64,000 nt of DNA from Laetmonice hystrix (GCA_965235115.1 OZ249437.1:10850001-10914000); one strand, 5' to 3'. Shown: positions 52,401-63,872, numbered from the stretch's first letter. Notes: generated from the sequence alone by a model not told the origin. Numbers and translations are program-made.

Positions 52401-54312
52401 CATGTGTGTACCCCCATCACCTGTCAACCTCGACCCTAACCGAACAATAGACCCCAACCGGCACCCCAGCCTCCGCCTTGAGATTCGGTTCAGCTTGAGG
52501 GAGCAAAATGTCAGCAACCGTTGTGTATCGGCATGTGTCGTGTTGAGGCGGACACGGTTGAACGGAAGCATCGTTCATTGTATTCAGTATGTATTATAAC
52601 TGTAGACTGGTGTCTAACGGTATGCGGCCAAATGCTGGCAAGCTGACACGCGTGGCTGACGTTTATAACAAAGAGGATATGCTAACGGTGACTCTATCTG
52701 AACTATTGCATTCAATACTGACGTCGTTGTATGTACACAGCTTGCATATATCACATGTACATGTCAGTCTGGTGGTGCAGCTATGCACCAGTCTATTTAT
52801 CTGTAAGGGTATTTATTATTTTGTATAAAAAAATGCTTTAATTTATTTAAATATGCAGAGCGTGTGTACATTGCGTAGGACTATAAAATCAGTTCAGTGC
52901 GGCCAAGTCCAGTGCACGTAGTACGCCAATACCTCAGTCAATGTGACTGAAAGTGACTTTATACAACGAACTATTGGACCATTTTATGGATTATTTTCCG
53001 CTGAATTTAGTGGCTGGCAAACAAGCACTATAATCCTACTTTTTTTTAATGGGATGGCGATGTAAACTATCATTACGTCTGCAGATAATGTCGGCAATGT
53101 AAAAACTGAAAAAAAGGTTTAGTTATTTATAGGCCGTTAGGTACCCATATAGCTGTTAGTTCTATAGGCCTAAATTTGTGTGTATAAATGCAAACAGGTC
53201 AAATGTGTCTAACCTACACGCTACATGTATGATAACTCTTCAATGGCACGCTCTTCAGCGTGATTTCTTCAGCGTCATTGCCTAACCCGTGTCTTAATGT
53301 CAACGTGACGACATAGAGATCAGTGTACCTTATTCAGACACAGCTTGTGAAATGTGGGTGATTTTTGTACGTCGAGTTCTATATGCAGACACGTGTTGGA
53401 TTTATGTATGAGCGGTGGTAGTGAGGTTAGGGTTTATACTTAGTTTCTGTATGACCCAGTTTGATATAATCAAATTTGTACTTTTCTATGGGTGTGTGTG
53501 CCCCTTGAGGTATTATATATGCGTGGTTGTGGCGGGGGACAGGGATGCAATTTCCTACATTATTTATGATGATTGTAACACTATGCATTCATGGTAATCA
53601 TGAGATGATTAGCCATGATTATATATGTGTCTGGCAGGCCATATGTGCAATACTTCTTTTCATTCCAAAGTGTGTAGCTGTAGTAATTTATGTTTGCCCG
53701 AAACGCATTCCATACTGGGGCACTCCTACTTGTGTGCATACCACAGAATGTATGACTTGTTAGTGTAATTCGGTCTAGTTTTTAAGTTTAAACTGTAAAA
53801 GAGCAAACTTAATTTATGTGTTAGAAAACCCGTAGTTGAATGAGTCGGTTATTTATGTATATTTATTTGAAAGTGATGTCTGTCCGGTTCTTGGTTGTCC
53901 ACTGAAGGAAAATAAAACCCTAGATCCTATCTACTCACTTTTGCGTTCTGTGTACCCCCGCCTCGTTCTGTGCCGTTAGTCGTACCCAGATCGTGTGGCC
54001 ATGAGAAATCTCTTGTAGGATATCGGCTATAGGAAGTAATGAAATCGGTAGAGTGTAGTTTGTGAGACCAATACGTCCCTTTATATAACACAGTGCTAAA
54101 CCAAATTATGGATTTGTATCCGTACTTCGAACAACGCTTCCCTGAGGAACAGCTTCCGTCATTAAGTTAGACAAATGCTACCCCATACTGTAATTGGATA
54201 GAATTAGATTAAGCCATTATAGGGTGAGTAAGTGCGTCAGCAAATGTAGTATATTTTAGTCAAATTGTAGTACCAGTAGTTATATTTTCGTCGGATTCAC
54301 CCTCAAGTTTAA

Positions 54313-54329
54313 GTTCGCCAAATTGGGCG
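54313..54329 (+). pseudogene. 3' remnant of a tRNA-Lys copy
   Basis: GTTCG..ATTGGGCGA preceded by TTCACCCT and followed by TTGACCTCAATCACCTCA, the same flanks as the copy at 55335. Confidence 0.5.
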
Positions 54330-54544
54330 AAAAATTTTGACCTCAATCACCTCATATATAGTCAAGGAAATGCCTCTACAATTTCCAGAAATTCAGCGAA
54401 GCTGACATTAATCAGACCCTTTTTGGCTTGACATACTATAGCCTAATAAACGTTTGCAGTGTCACGCAAATAACGTCAACCCCTTTTACGTAATTTCATT
54501 CTATATAGGCCTAGTGGAAATGATGGAAGAGGTGCGGAAGTTGA

Positions 54545-54737
54545 AGGCCTAGACACACATGGGCGTCAAGCGGCAAGCGTCGAGCGTCAAGCGTCATTTT
54601 GAAAATGAGTATGGGAGCGTTGTTTTTTGACGCGCCGCCCAGGGTATGTGAACCACACTGAGCATTCAGAGCGTCATTTTAAAAATGACGCTTGACGCTC
54701 GACGCTTGACGCTTGCCGCCCATGTGTGTCTAGGCCT
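54545..54737. mobile_element. 193-bp MITE, PIF/Harbinger-like
   Basis: Perfect 21-bp TIR AGGCCTAGACACACATGGGCG; internal GCGTCAA/TTGACGC repeats; flanks TGA/TTA. Confidence 0.85.
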
Positions 54738-54828
54738 TTACCAGGGCCGTCAAGCTTAATTCTGTCATTCTCCTGCAGGATTCTGAAGTTATATTTTTAT
54801 ACTCATCCTCCAAAAAAACATATAGAAA

Positions 54829-54901
54829 GCCCGGTTAGCTCAGTCGGTAGAGCATGGGACTCTTAATCCCAGGGTCGTGGGTTCGAGCCCCACATTGGGC
54901 G
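54829..54901 (+). tRNA. tRNA-Lys(CTT), intact
   Basis: 73 nt GCCCGGTTAGCTCAGTCGGTAGAGCATGGGACTCTTAATCCCAGGGTCGTGGGTTCGAGCCCCACATTGGGCG; stems pair, anticodon CTT, A and B boxes intact, TTTT terminator just downstream. Confidence 0.96.
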
Positions 54902-55334
54902 AAATATTTTATCATTTAATAGGCCTAGCTGCAATGTATGACTCGTCAGACCTCTTTGAAAGTTCGTAGTGCAGGACTAAACTTCATGAGAATACTAGCT
55001 GATTTTTAGCATATTTTTGCGACTATGGAGGATTTCCAGTGCATCTCACATCAGGACATCCCCATCATCAGTGAGTCTTTAGGTTTGACGTCTCCACCAG
55101 AGTCAGAGAGACCTATAACTACTACACCTACCTTGAATGATTCCTTGTATGGGGAGTTTCTTTGTCAGTCCGACCTCATCATCATCCCCTTGGGACTTGG
55201 AGGTACAATATATTACTGTTTAAATTTTGAAGGTTCCATCCTTATCCTGAAGATCATGGCTGAAGAATAGATCTAAGCGTCAAACTCCTAATTCCCATAA
55301 TTTGCCCAAAATTCACCCTAAAAATAATTAGAAA

Positions 55335-55407
55335 GCCCGGTTTGCTCAGTCGGTCGCGCATGGGACTCTTAATCTAAGGGTGGTGGGTTCGAGCCCCACA
55401 TTGGGCG
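55335..55407 (+). pseudogene. tRNA-Lys(CTT) degenerate copy
   Basis: Six substitutions vs the intact copy, including A-box changes and CCAGG to TAAGG, which breaks the anticodon stem. Confidence 0.85.
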
Positions 55408-56206
55408 AAATTTGTTGACCTCAATCACCTCAGTCAAAGAAATGCCTCAACAATTTGTAGAAAAATTTAACGAATCTATCACATTAATCAAACCCTTTTT
55501 GGCTTGAAATACTAGTCTAATAAATGTTGCAGTGTCACGTATAATAACCTCAACCCCTTTTATGTAATTTCTTTCTATATAGCCTAGAGGTTATATGTCG
55601 TCCTCATTGAGCAAGCGTCTAACCTGAAATGATGGAAGAGGTGCGGAAGTTGAAGTGCTGGGGACAGCGAATTCATGAATGAGACCGAGACCGAATTCGT
55701 TTGGACTAAAATGTTTTATTACGACATGGTAAGAAGTAGATCTAGATAAAATAATAAAAGAAATGTTGGTATATAATAAAATGGGTAATAAAATATTGTT
55801 TTCGTGGGAAGTATATTTTTGAGAGAGGTTTGTTTAGTAGGGTGAGTTTAATGGTTAGTAAGATCGTTTGAGATTTCAGTTTCTTTAGTATTAATGGCCC
55901 ATGGGAGTGATTTAAGTTAATGTAAGGTTACGTTAATATGGGATGGGCGGGAGGGTAAAAGACGTGTGTGTCGGAGGGTAGCAGAGAGGAAAGTGACCGA
56001 GTGAGAGGCGCCCCAGGGAAGGTGAAAGAAAATTGGGCCCGGACGTGACGTGTAGATGGCGGAGATTCAGGTCTCAGACCATTCATTATGCGCAATGAAA
56101 TACATTACGGACAATGTTACCAGGGCCGTCAAGCTTAATTCTGTTATTAAGCTGCAGGATTGTGCAGTTAGATTTTTGTACTCATGCTGTAATAATTAAA
56201 TATAAA

Positions 56207-56459
56207 GCCCGGTTAGCTCAGTCGGTAGAGCATGGGACTCTTAATCCCTGCCAGGGGTGCGTTTCTGTAAGGAAAGATGTCTTTGCGCAAAGAGTCTTTC
56301 AAAAGAGTCTTTTCGAAACCAGTGTTAAAGAATAGAGTGTTATAGAAATACCACGTCGCCGCAAAGACTCTTTGGGTTCAGCGAGGGTCTCAAAGAGTCT
56401 TTTGGGCTTTATAGAAACGCACCCTGCCAGGGTCGTGGGTTCGAGCCCCACATTGGGCG
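56207..56459 (+). pseudogene. tRNA-Lys(CTT) interrupted by a MITE
   Basis: Both halves identical to the intact copy; 180 extra nt in the 3' strand of the anticodon stem. Confidence 0.92.
56252..56426. mobile_element. MITE inserted in tRNA-Lys
   Basis: TIR GGGTGCGTTTCT(G/A)TAA with CAG/CTG outer trinucleotides; internal CAAAGAGTCTTT repeats; 11-nt direct repeat CCCTGCCAGGG spans both junctions. Confidence 0.9.
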
Positions 56460-56728
56460 CAATATTTTATCTGCCTAGCTATGAGAGACCTATATGGCTA
56501 GGCTAGAATGAGAGAACTATACTATATTATACACCCTGATTCCTTTGTGTCTGCGGGTTTCTTTCTCAGTCCAACCTCATCATCATCCCCTTGGGACTTG
56601 GAGGTACAATATATTACTGTTTAAATTTTAAAGGTTCCATCCTTATCCTGAAGATCCTGGCTGAAGAATAAGCATCAAACTATAATTTGGCCAAAATTCA
56701 CCCTTTAAGCCTCACACGGAAATACAAG

Positions 56729-56787
56729 GCCCGGTTACCTCAGTCGGTAGAGCATGGGAGTCGTGGGTTCGAGCCCCACATTGGGCG
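56729..56787 (+). pseudogene. tRNA-Lys copy lacking the anticodon loop
   Basis: 59 nt; exact deletion of CTCTTAATCCCAGG plus one substitution. Confidence 0.9.
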
Positions 56788-57203
56788 AACAAGTTTTTCT
56801 CCCTACCCCTTCACTCCTTCAACTGATGACTCCTTCCACGTTGAAGGTCGCCACACAGTTATTTGAAAAGGTACATCAGTCACAGATTCACTCAGGTAGA
56901 CCGTAACCCGTTAAACATAACAAACACCATCTACAAACGTGTTTTGATGCATGCATTATTTTCATGCAGTTCTGATTATTAGAAGAAACGAGTTTATTGT
57001 ACTATCCGTGACCTTAGAGTTAGAGCTAGAAGTAAGTCTACATGACCAACCAATAGGTTGAAGAAGTACTGAGATATGCCCTGAAATGTGTTATTTATCA
57101 AAGAAAATCCTTTGACGTGCATCATGCCACGAGGCATGATCTTGTGTTAAAATATGAAAAGGATTGGACCACACGTTCTTGATCATTTGATGTATCGCTG
57201 TTC

Positions 57204-57247
57204 ACGGACGGACGGACGGACGGACGGACGGACGGACGGACGGACGG
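57204..57247. repeat. (ACGG)11 microsatellite
   Basis: Perfect tetranucleotide run. Confidence 0.95.
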
Positions 57248-57266
57248 AGGGTGAATTAGAAGCCCC

Positions 57267-57525
57267 CTGGGGCCGGTTTGTTTTGGTTTACTTTTTCACC
57301 ATGAGCAAGGGTGAGCTGAGCTGAGCAAGGGTGATGCTCACCGTTTTGCTCACTGTTTTCGTTTTTTGGGGTGTTTTTCCGTAAGCTTGCTCACCATGAA
57401 AACGTCTCATGTAAAAAAGCAACCCAAACAAAGCCAAAACGGTGGGAATGAGCTCATGCTCACCCTTGCTCAGCTCAGCTCACCCTTGCTCACGGTGGAA
57501 AAGTAAACAAAAAAACCGGGCCCAG
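57267..57525. mobile_element. ~260-bp MITE with ~65-bp imperfect TIRs, Harbinger-like
   Basis: CTGGGGCCGGTTT..TTTACTTTT.CACC.TGAGCAAGGGTGAGCTGAGCTGAGCAAGGGTGA mirrored at the right end, which ends CCGGGCCCAG. Confidence 0.85.
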
Positions 57526-57541
57526 GTTGGGGGCTAAAAAT

Positions 57542-57594
57542 ATGTGACTCCTAATCCCTGGCCTGGGTCGCGAGTTCGAGCCCCACATTGGGCA
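57542..57594 (+). pseudogene. 3' two-thirds of a degenerate tRNA-Lys copy with a CCTGG duplication
   Basis: TGTGACTCCTAATC-CCTGG-CCTGG-GTCGCGAGTTCGAGCCCCACATTGGGCA; 5' part missing next to a MITE. Confidence 0.8.
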
Positions 57595-58948
57595 CACAGT
57601 AGTGTTAGCACTTAATCTGTCTTAGAATTTATGCATCTGCGTTTCACAACCACCGTTATCTCGTCGTTCGTTAAAACCCCAGTGAAAATTGTGTGTGTTA
57701 ACGACAGGTTCGCCCGAGACTGTTCATGGTCTCTCCCTAGCCTACGTAGTAAGCCTCAGCCAGTGAGGCTTACGACCACTCAATGTTAATACACGTAATT
57801 GGTGTGTCACTGGCAACGCAAATTCATGTACCGATCAACTCACCAGCAACTCACCAGCATCGACAAGTATTTTAAAGATAAAACATCAAATTCCGAAGTG
57901 TCGTACAGCTGCGGCTTCCGTGGCCTGTTTATGTCCCAGCAATGATGCATATCTCTGACGTAGCAAGGTCCCCTGCGCTACGTATGTCGTAACATAGCGG
58001 ACGCGTCTGTTAGGCAGGGTACTAGGCTATTCCCTGACCCGGGAGGTCAAAATAGCCGCGATAGGCAGAGAGCGAAATTCATCGATTCCAGACTTTGTGC
58101 TGACCTTATTATGTCTCGTCGTGCTTTCCAAACTTGGAAATAAGTGAGATAAGTTACTTTAAGCGTGTTTATCAATATTCAGTCCAGACATATGGGCAGG
58201 GGAGGGGTTTTCATGGTGGTCGGATGATTTGACCGAACACACCAGGAACTTGCACTAAGTGGCGTCCGTCTCTGTATACGGTAGTACAGAGACGGTCTCT
58301 CCCATGTGATACATGTGATCCATACAACATGTGCGTCATTAGAATTGGCTATAGTATACTCCAGCCTACTGCTTCTAACAATCTATTTTGGCTACGTCTA
58401 TTAGATCTAGGCATCTCAAAATAGGTCCGATATTCATGTTATATTCTAAAATCTTCCCCACTTATATAATATACTCCATTTGCTATGCCTATTGCTCCTA
58501 GTCCAACTTCACAAATCGATAGAACGTTCTCTAAACATATATTCTCGTTCGCTATAGCTCCTATCCTGCGAATTTACAAAGTGATCAAACGTGATCTCTT
58601 CATTGTATGGTCCACTTAGATTGATACCAATGTAATCATTACTATTTATTGAATAAGAACATGAACATAACACAAAGTGGTTGCATTATTTCCATTTATT
58701 TTTTCATTTGAATTTTTATATTCTATTGATCATCATCATTGGGATGGTCCTACTTTCATTTTCTTTTGTATTTCCATGATATTGTGTAGAAAAGGTCTTT
58801 TTGTGAGATATCTATTTTACCGTCCTTAACATTTATCAAGAGATCCATATTTCCAACACCCACCATAAATTCCTTCCACAATTCTGAATAAAAAGTCCCC
58901 ACGAGAGGTAAAAGTCTATATAATAAAGATCTAATTTCTGTGAGGTGG

Positions 58949-59164
58949 TTAAGAGGAGGGTTTCTGTAACGACTCTGCTAGGAAGAGTTTGCCGAAGCTT
59001 TGGGCAGCGAACTCGTTGATGTGATCGGCGTAGCAGGCCACCTGTCCGGCGGTGAGTAGGACATCGAGCCGGGCGGGCGGTTGTAGCGGTTTGAAACGTT
59101 TGTTGATATCCTCCTCAGGAAGCGGAGGCTCGTCACGGGCAGCCCGGGCTGCATTCTCTTGTTG
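58949..59164 (-). CDS. EIF3H: Translation initiation factor eIF3 subunit H, last exon
   Basis: TTTGCAG| [42 protein letters not shown]...[20 protein letters not shown], matching the eIF3h C-terminus. Confidence 0.95.
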   Translation of the reverse strand, partial: QQENAARAARDEPPLPEEDINKRFKPLQPPARLDVLLTAGQVACYADHINEFAAQSFGKLFLAESLQKPSS

Positions 59165-60833
59165 CTGCAAACAAAACGAGTAGAATTTAGTGGCAGAAAC
59201 CATCACGAAATCAAAATAGTTTTTTTCTTTTTTTTGTTTGAGAGAGAGAGAGCAAGAGGGGAGCGGGGAGTTTTACCATGGCCTTTTTTTGACTGCCATG
59301 ACACAAAAGAGGAGTCCGCCCCTATACTCTGCAATACCCATATAATAATAATTAAGAATTCGGCAGGACAACAATCTAATATCCAGAACTGGTTCGAGCT
59401 GGCAGGGCAAGCACTGGTCATCATCCCCATGTTGTCCAGCTGTAGATTTTGTTATGTTCTGAGAGGTCGATCAATGGTTCATCATCTGTATGTCAACAAC
59501 CGCTGTCTGACACCACACCGGTCTGAGGGGTCGTGACCTGGCGTTCTGACAGCGCCACCACACGCCCCTCTCAGTCACACTTGTATGGACCCTCAAGTAT
59601 AACGCTCATTATGACGCCCTGGTCATTTAACCCCAACCATAAGAGTTACATCACCCAGGGGACAAGAAAACCTCCCCACCCCACTGGGGTGTACAGGGGG
59701 CGGGCCATTGACTGGGATAGGACTCGGTCCCCTGAGTCAGTCCACCTGTGGACACCTGCCACGGTTTATTGTGATCTACCCATGGGCCACCAGATATGGC
59801 CCACGGCTCTGTTGGGGCCACTTCACCCAAGGTGTCCTGCCTGACCTTTCGACCCCTGGGGGCGGACTTCGGCCCCTTGACCCAGCCGCTGACCTTTTCA
59901 TAGTGACCCTGTTAGGAAACCCCTGGCGTCCCGCCGTAAGGAGGTCCTCAGCGGGGCCGTTCCTGTGTGACTGCTGGGGTCACCTGTATGGTATACTACA
60001 CTCTCTCCCTGCAACCCTGGACAGCAGTGGACAGCTGGCCATCTAATCATAATGGCCACCGGGCATCATCAGAGGGCCATAAAGAGATTATGACATAACG
60101 TCATCAGGCGTGTCAGACGCCCAAGAGTACAATCTCAGCGTCCCACTGATCACGTAAACCTCACTAACTCCATCCAGCTTTAGACTAGCATTACATCCAG
60201 TATTGTTGACACGACTTCTAGTTAATACCAGCCCCCACTGCTTCCCGCCCACCTACTGGGAATCGAAGGTCACACAACACAATGTGCTGTGACAACACCA
60301 ACTTGGCGCAAGGAAAGAAAACATTATCTAAATATGTCAGACATTTACTGGTAACTAGCATGGCCTGAAGGACAAACCACTCGTAGTGTGTAATATAAAT
60401 TTATGATCCAGACTTAGATTTGTTCTTTCAACCTGTGACGCAGCAATCGATCCATGGAGTCAAAGGTAGCGAGCACCACACCGTCTCAGTGTCGGTACAG
60501 AGAGAAACAAACCCTAACCGGTCTACAAACAAACGCCTGGTGAAGTCAGTACTCTGTCAGGATTTGTATCAAATCTTCCTCGACAACCAACATAAAATCA
60601 CACAGGCTTACTGTGGAGCTTAGAACCTTCTGTTAATCATCTGTCTTACGTCACAGGGTCGGCAAAAGGTCAATATCTAACTATAGAGGGCACTTGTTAC
60701 GTCATCATTTAAATTACTTTCTATTATAGCGGGGCAAATACCGGGTAAGTAATTTTATTGGGGTTCAGGCCTTTCTCCTTTACACAAAATCACTGTTACG
60801 GTTCCTGATTTTACAGTAGGGCGATTCCACAGT

Positions 60834-61944
60834 GTGTTGTACGGGACATTCAGAGCAGTTTCCCCCCTCTGTGCTAAATATGCCTTATAAAAGTTAGGTG
60901 GTTATATTGGTTTTATATGGGTTACCACCCAGGTGAATGACAGGTATTACCAATTCAACATTTATCTGTCACCATAGTCCCATATTCGAAAAAATGTTCC
61001 GTGTTGTACGGGACACCAAAATGGACATAACTTCTGATATTGGGTGATATTTTCAAAAAAGTCTGTGAACTTGCTTACATCATTGTATTTTCGTTACTCT
61101 AGAATAGAACCTGGATGGTGTCTCTAATTAAATTATATACACTGATTCTTCTTTCTGTCTTAGTTTACGGGCAGCATCAGAAAAAGTGGTGTGTTGTACG
61201 GGACACACCGAAAAGTGTTGTACGGGACATTTTTATCCTTCATTTAGAATGTAAACTTAAAAGAAAATGAACAAACTTATAATTACTCAAATGTAAGCAC
61301 CTTATGAAAAAAGGGACTGTGAACAAAATGGCGGGGCAACTGGGCACGGTTGGGGCCTGGTCTGGCCGGGACCCCCGATTTCATCATGTAGGTTTGGGAC
61401 ATTACCCTCTGGGCTTGAAAATTAAATTTTTGAAACAATTCAGGTAATAATCCTACAGCATACATTTCCATGAACAGGAGAAAATATCAAAATCCCTGAA
61501 ACTTATAATTTTGTGGCCAAAGGTAGGAAAATTTCTGAATTTTGACACAAATTTAGTGCTTTTTTGGTGCCATTTGAATCTTTAAAAAAACACGAAAATC
61601 CACAAAAAATGTCTGTGTCAACAACCTGGGGGATGGAGGACAATGGAATTCACACACCTTATGAGTTTTTAATTTATTTTGGCAGCCATAGGGGGTAGGC
61701 AGCAACTAACGTACTTCCTGAACTGTGTTGTACGGGACATGTACATCGTGTTGTACGGGACAAAGTGTTGTACGGGACAGAAGAAAAGTTGTTATTTACT
61801 AAAAGTTAAGAGGAATTACCAAACAATACTATCCCAATTTATTGCTTATATCATGAGGTTAGAGTATCCTTGATTTAATAGTTTTTTAAAATCCCATACT
61901 CCTTCAGCATAATAAATTGTCTTGATTTTGTGTTGTACGGGACA
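60834..61944 (+). repeat. Eight dispersed perfect copies of GTGTTGTACGGGACA in the EIF3H intron
   Basis: Starts at 60834, 61001, 61191, 61215, 61725, 61748, 61765 and 61930, all in the same orientation. Confidence 0.92.
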
Positions 61945-62572
61945 TATCAGTCCGCCATTTTTAAAATTAAGATTACGAACTAAAATAACTTGTAACTACT
62001 TCAAATTAGATTTTAAATACTAGAATGCATCTCAGTGAAGCAATAAATGTGCAGTAAATCATAATACCCGTCAAAGTACTTTACTTTATCTGATTTAAAA
62101 ATAGCATGTAAATTTACTAAAAAATCCCAAAATCGGTCGCTTGGGGGTTAAAGGGGTTAATTTATGGTACGACTGAAATGGGATTTTAAAAATTAATGTG
62201 AAATTCTAAAATATAGGCTCTTAGGATTGTAAAATTAAATTTTTGAAACAATTCATGCATTTTTTTTTTTTGTTATGTTGTCCACTTTTTCATGGAATCG
62301 CCCAGTAAATTCACATGGTTTGTGTCATAATTATTTTCTGCTCCACGTTATCATGACCAACACAACACTTACTGCATACCACCATGGCACGGTTTCCTGG
62401 GATTTTACCTTTCGGAAGGCAGGGGAGGGGGGTGGAGCGTAGCTTAGAGATCGTTTTTTGAAAAGAATATCTGAAAAAGTTGTTTTTTTTTGGAGCGGGG
62501 GAGGGTCGCCTCCCCATAAACCGCGCCTGCAGGAAACCCTACATAGAATAGAGTAGGTAAGGCCACGTTTAA

Positions 62573-62910
62573 AGGTGCTATTCGTCTCGCACAGATGGCA
62601 TTTCTCCTATCATACATTGTGCACATAGTACTAGAAACAATTCCTACGATACCATTGGCCTGATAAACCTTCTATTAGTGTGTGTGAAGCATTTGAAACC
62701 TATCTCGGTGCGCACCAAGATACAGCCATTTCCTATGGTGGGGCGTGTCAGGGTTTCCACAGGCCTTCTGAGAGAGCCCCATTTGTGCCGTTATCCATGA
62801 AAAATTTTGATTTCCTTTGTTGTGAATCTATTTCCATGATAGGTGGGATCACATAAACGTCAACAAAATTAAAAATAAAAAAATTGAACTTTTTTTCACG
62901 AATAGCACCT
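62573..62910. mobile_element. Kolobok-like MITE, TTAA TSD
   Basis: TTAA|AGGTGCTATTCGT ... ACGAATAGCACCT|TTAA, perfect 13-bp TIR. Confidence 0.85.
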
Positions 62911-63235
62911 TTAAAGCCAGTCAAGGTTGATAATACAATTAACTAGAGTTATCCTGACCAATCCAAGCTTGCTGCTCTAGAACCTCATTTACAATATTAC
63001 TTTCAGTCACAGTGTTACAATCAATCTCTCAAAGACTGATTACTGCCTCATTTGAACATCAGTAATTTCCTCAAAAATGTTTAACTTTATCTATCCATCA
63101 TCGTGGTGTGGTTTCCGTGGCATTAGAAATAGGATACAAAAATGCTCTACAAGGAGATATAATTCTGTAACCATCACATCTATTCTAAATGGAAATTTTA
63201 TCACAACTACCTAGCCATGACTAGTATATGACCAC

Positions 63236-63745
63236 CAGGGTTTCCGCCAGAGGGCAAAATGGGTAAAATTCCGTACCCTAAAATTTTTCCAGGGTAGGGA
63301 TCCGTACCCTCAAAATTGTTAGGTAGTCTGGAGTTGGATAGCCCCCCCCCCCCCCCCCAACACTGAAATTTTTCTCAACGGATTTGCATCTATCTCAAGA
63401 ATGACCAAAATCACTTGAAAAAAATCGGAATTCCACTGATCGGCGGAAGATTCTCATGCCCAGGCCTCGAATTACACGACGGCATCGACAGTATTTGCCA
63501 TCGTGCCTTTTCCAGGTATCGTAAATTTGCCGCCGTGCCCTGACGTTGATTCTTATGTATCGACAGTTTTTGCCGTGCCCCTTTCAACTTCTAATTCGAG
63601 ACCTGCATGCCTGCAAAAACCTCCTGATGATGCCTTGAGCAATGGGGCCTGCAAGCGCATATATGTTTGGAATATAGATAGCAGCACTGGTGCTGGACCC
63701 CTCCTCTGGTCCGTACCCTAAATTCTTTTTCTAGCAGAAACCCTG
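63236..63745. mobile_element. 510-bp MITE, CAGGGTTTC...GAAACCCTG ends, 5-bp TSD ACCAC
   Basis: ACCAC at 63231-63235 and 63746-63750; internal CCGTACCCT repeats. Confidence 0.85.
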
Positions 63746-63872
63746 ACCACTACTAAACTAACTACATGTATCACTGGTGTGCTATTTATAACCACAGCAC
63801 CATGTTAGACACATCCCTATGTTACCTACGGAACGCTGATAGCTGATACTAGATATATCTATGAATACATAC

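Noticed and set aside
56249-56430. tRNA intron
   Set aside because: Eukaryotic tRNA introns lie between positions 37 and 38; this insert is at about 41-45, has TIRs and has a relative elsewhere in the window
57542-57594. tRNA-Arg(CCT) gene
   Set aside because: CCT is one substitution from CTT in a truncated tRNA-Lys copy that lacks its 5' arm and A box
57943-57960. C/D box snoRNA (ATGATG...CTGA)
   Set aside because: Boxes only ~7 nt apart, far too short, with no terminal stem or guide
60834-61944. CRISPR array interpretation of this motif cluster, or of any tandem repeat in the window
   Set aside because: Spliceosomal eukaryotic context, no cas genes, spacings of 17-510 bp; the other arrays have no unique spacers
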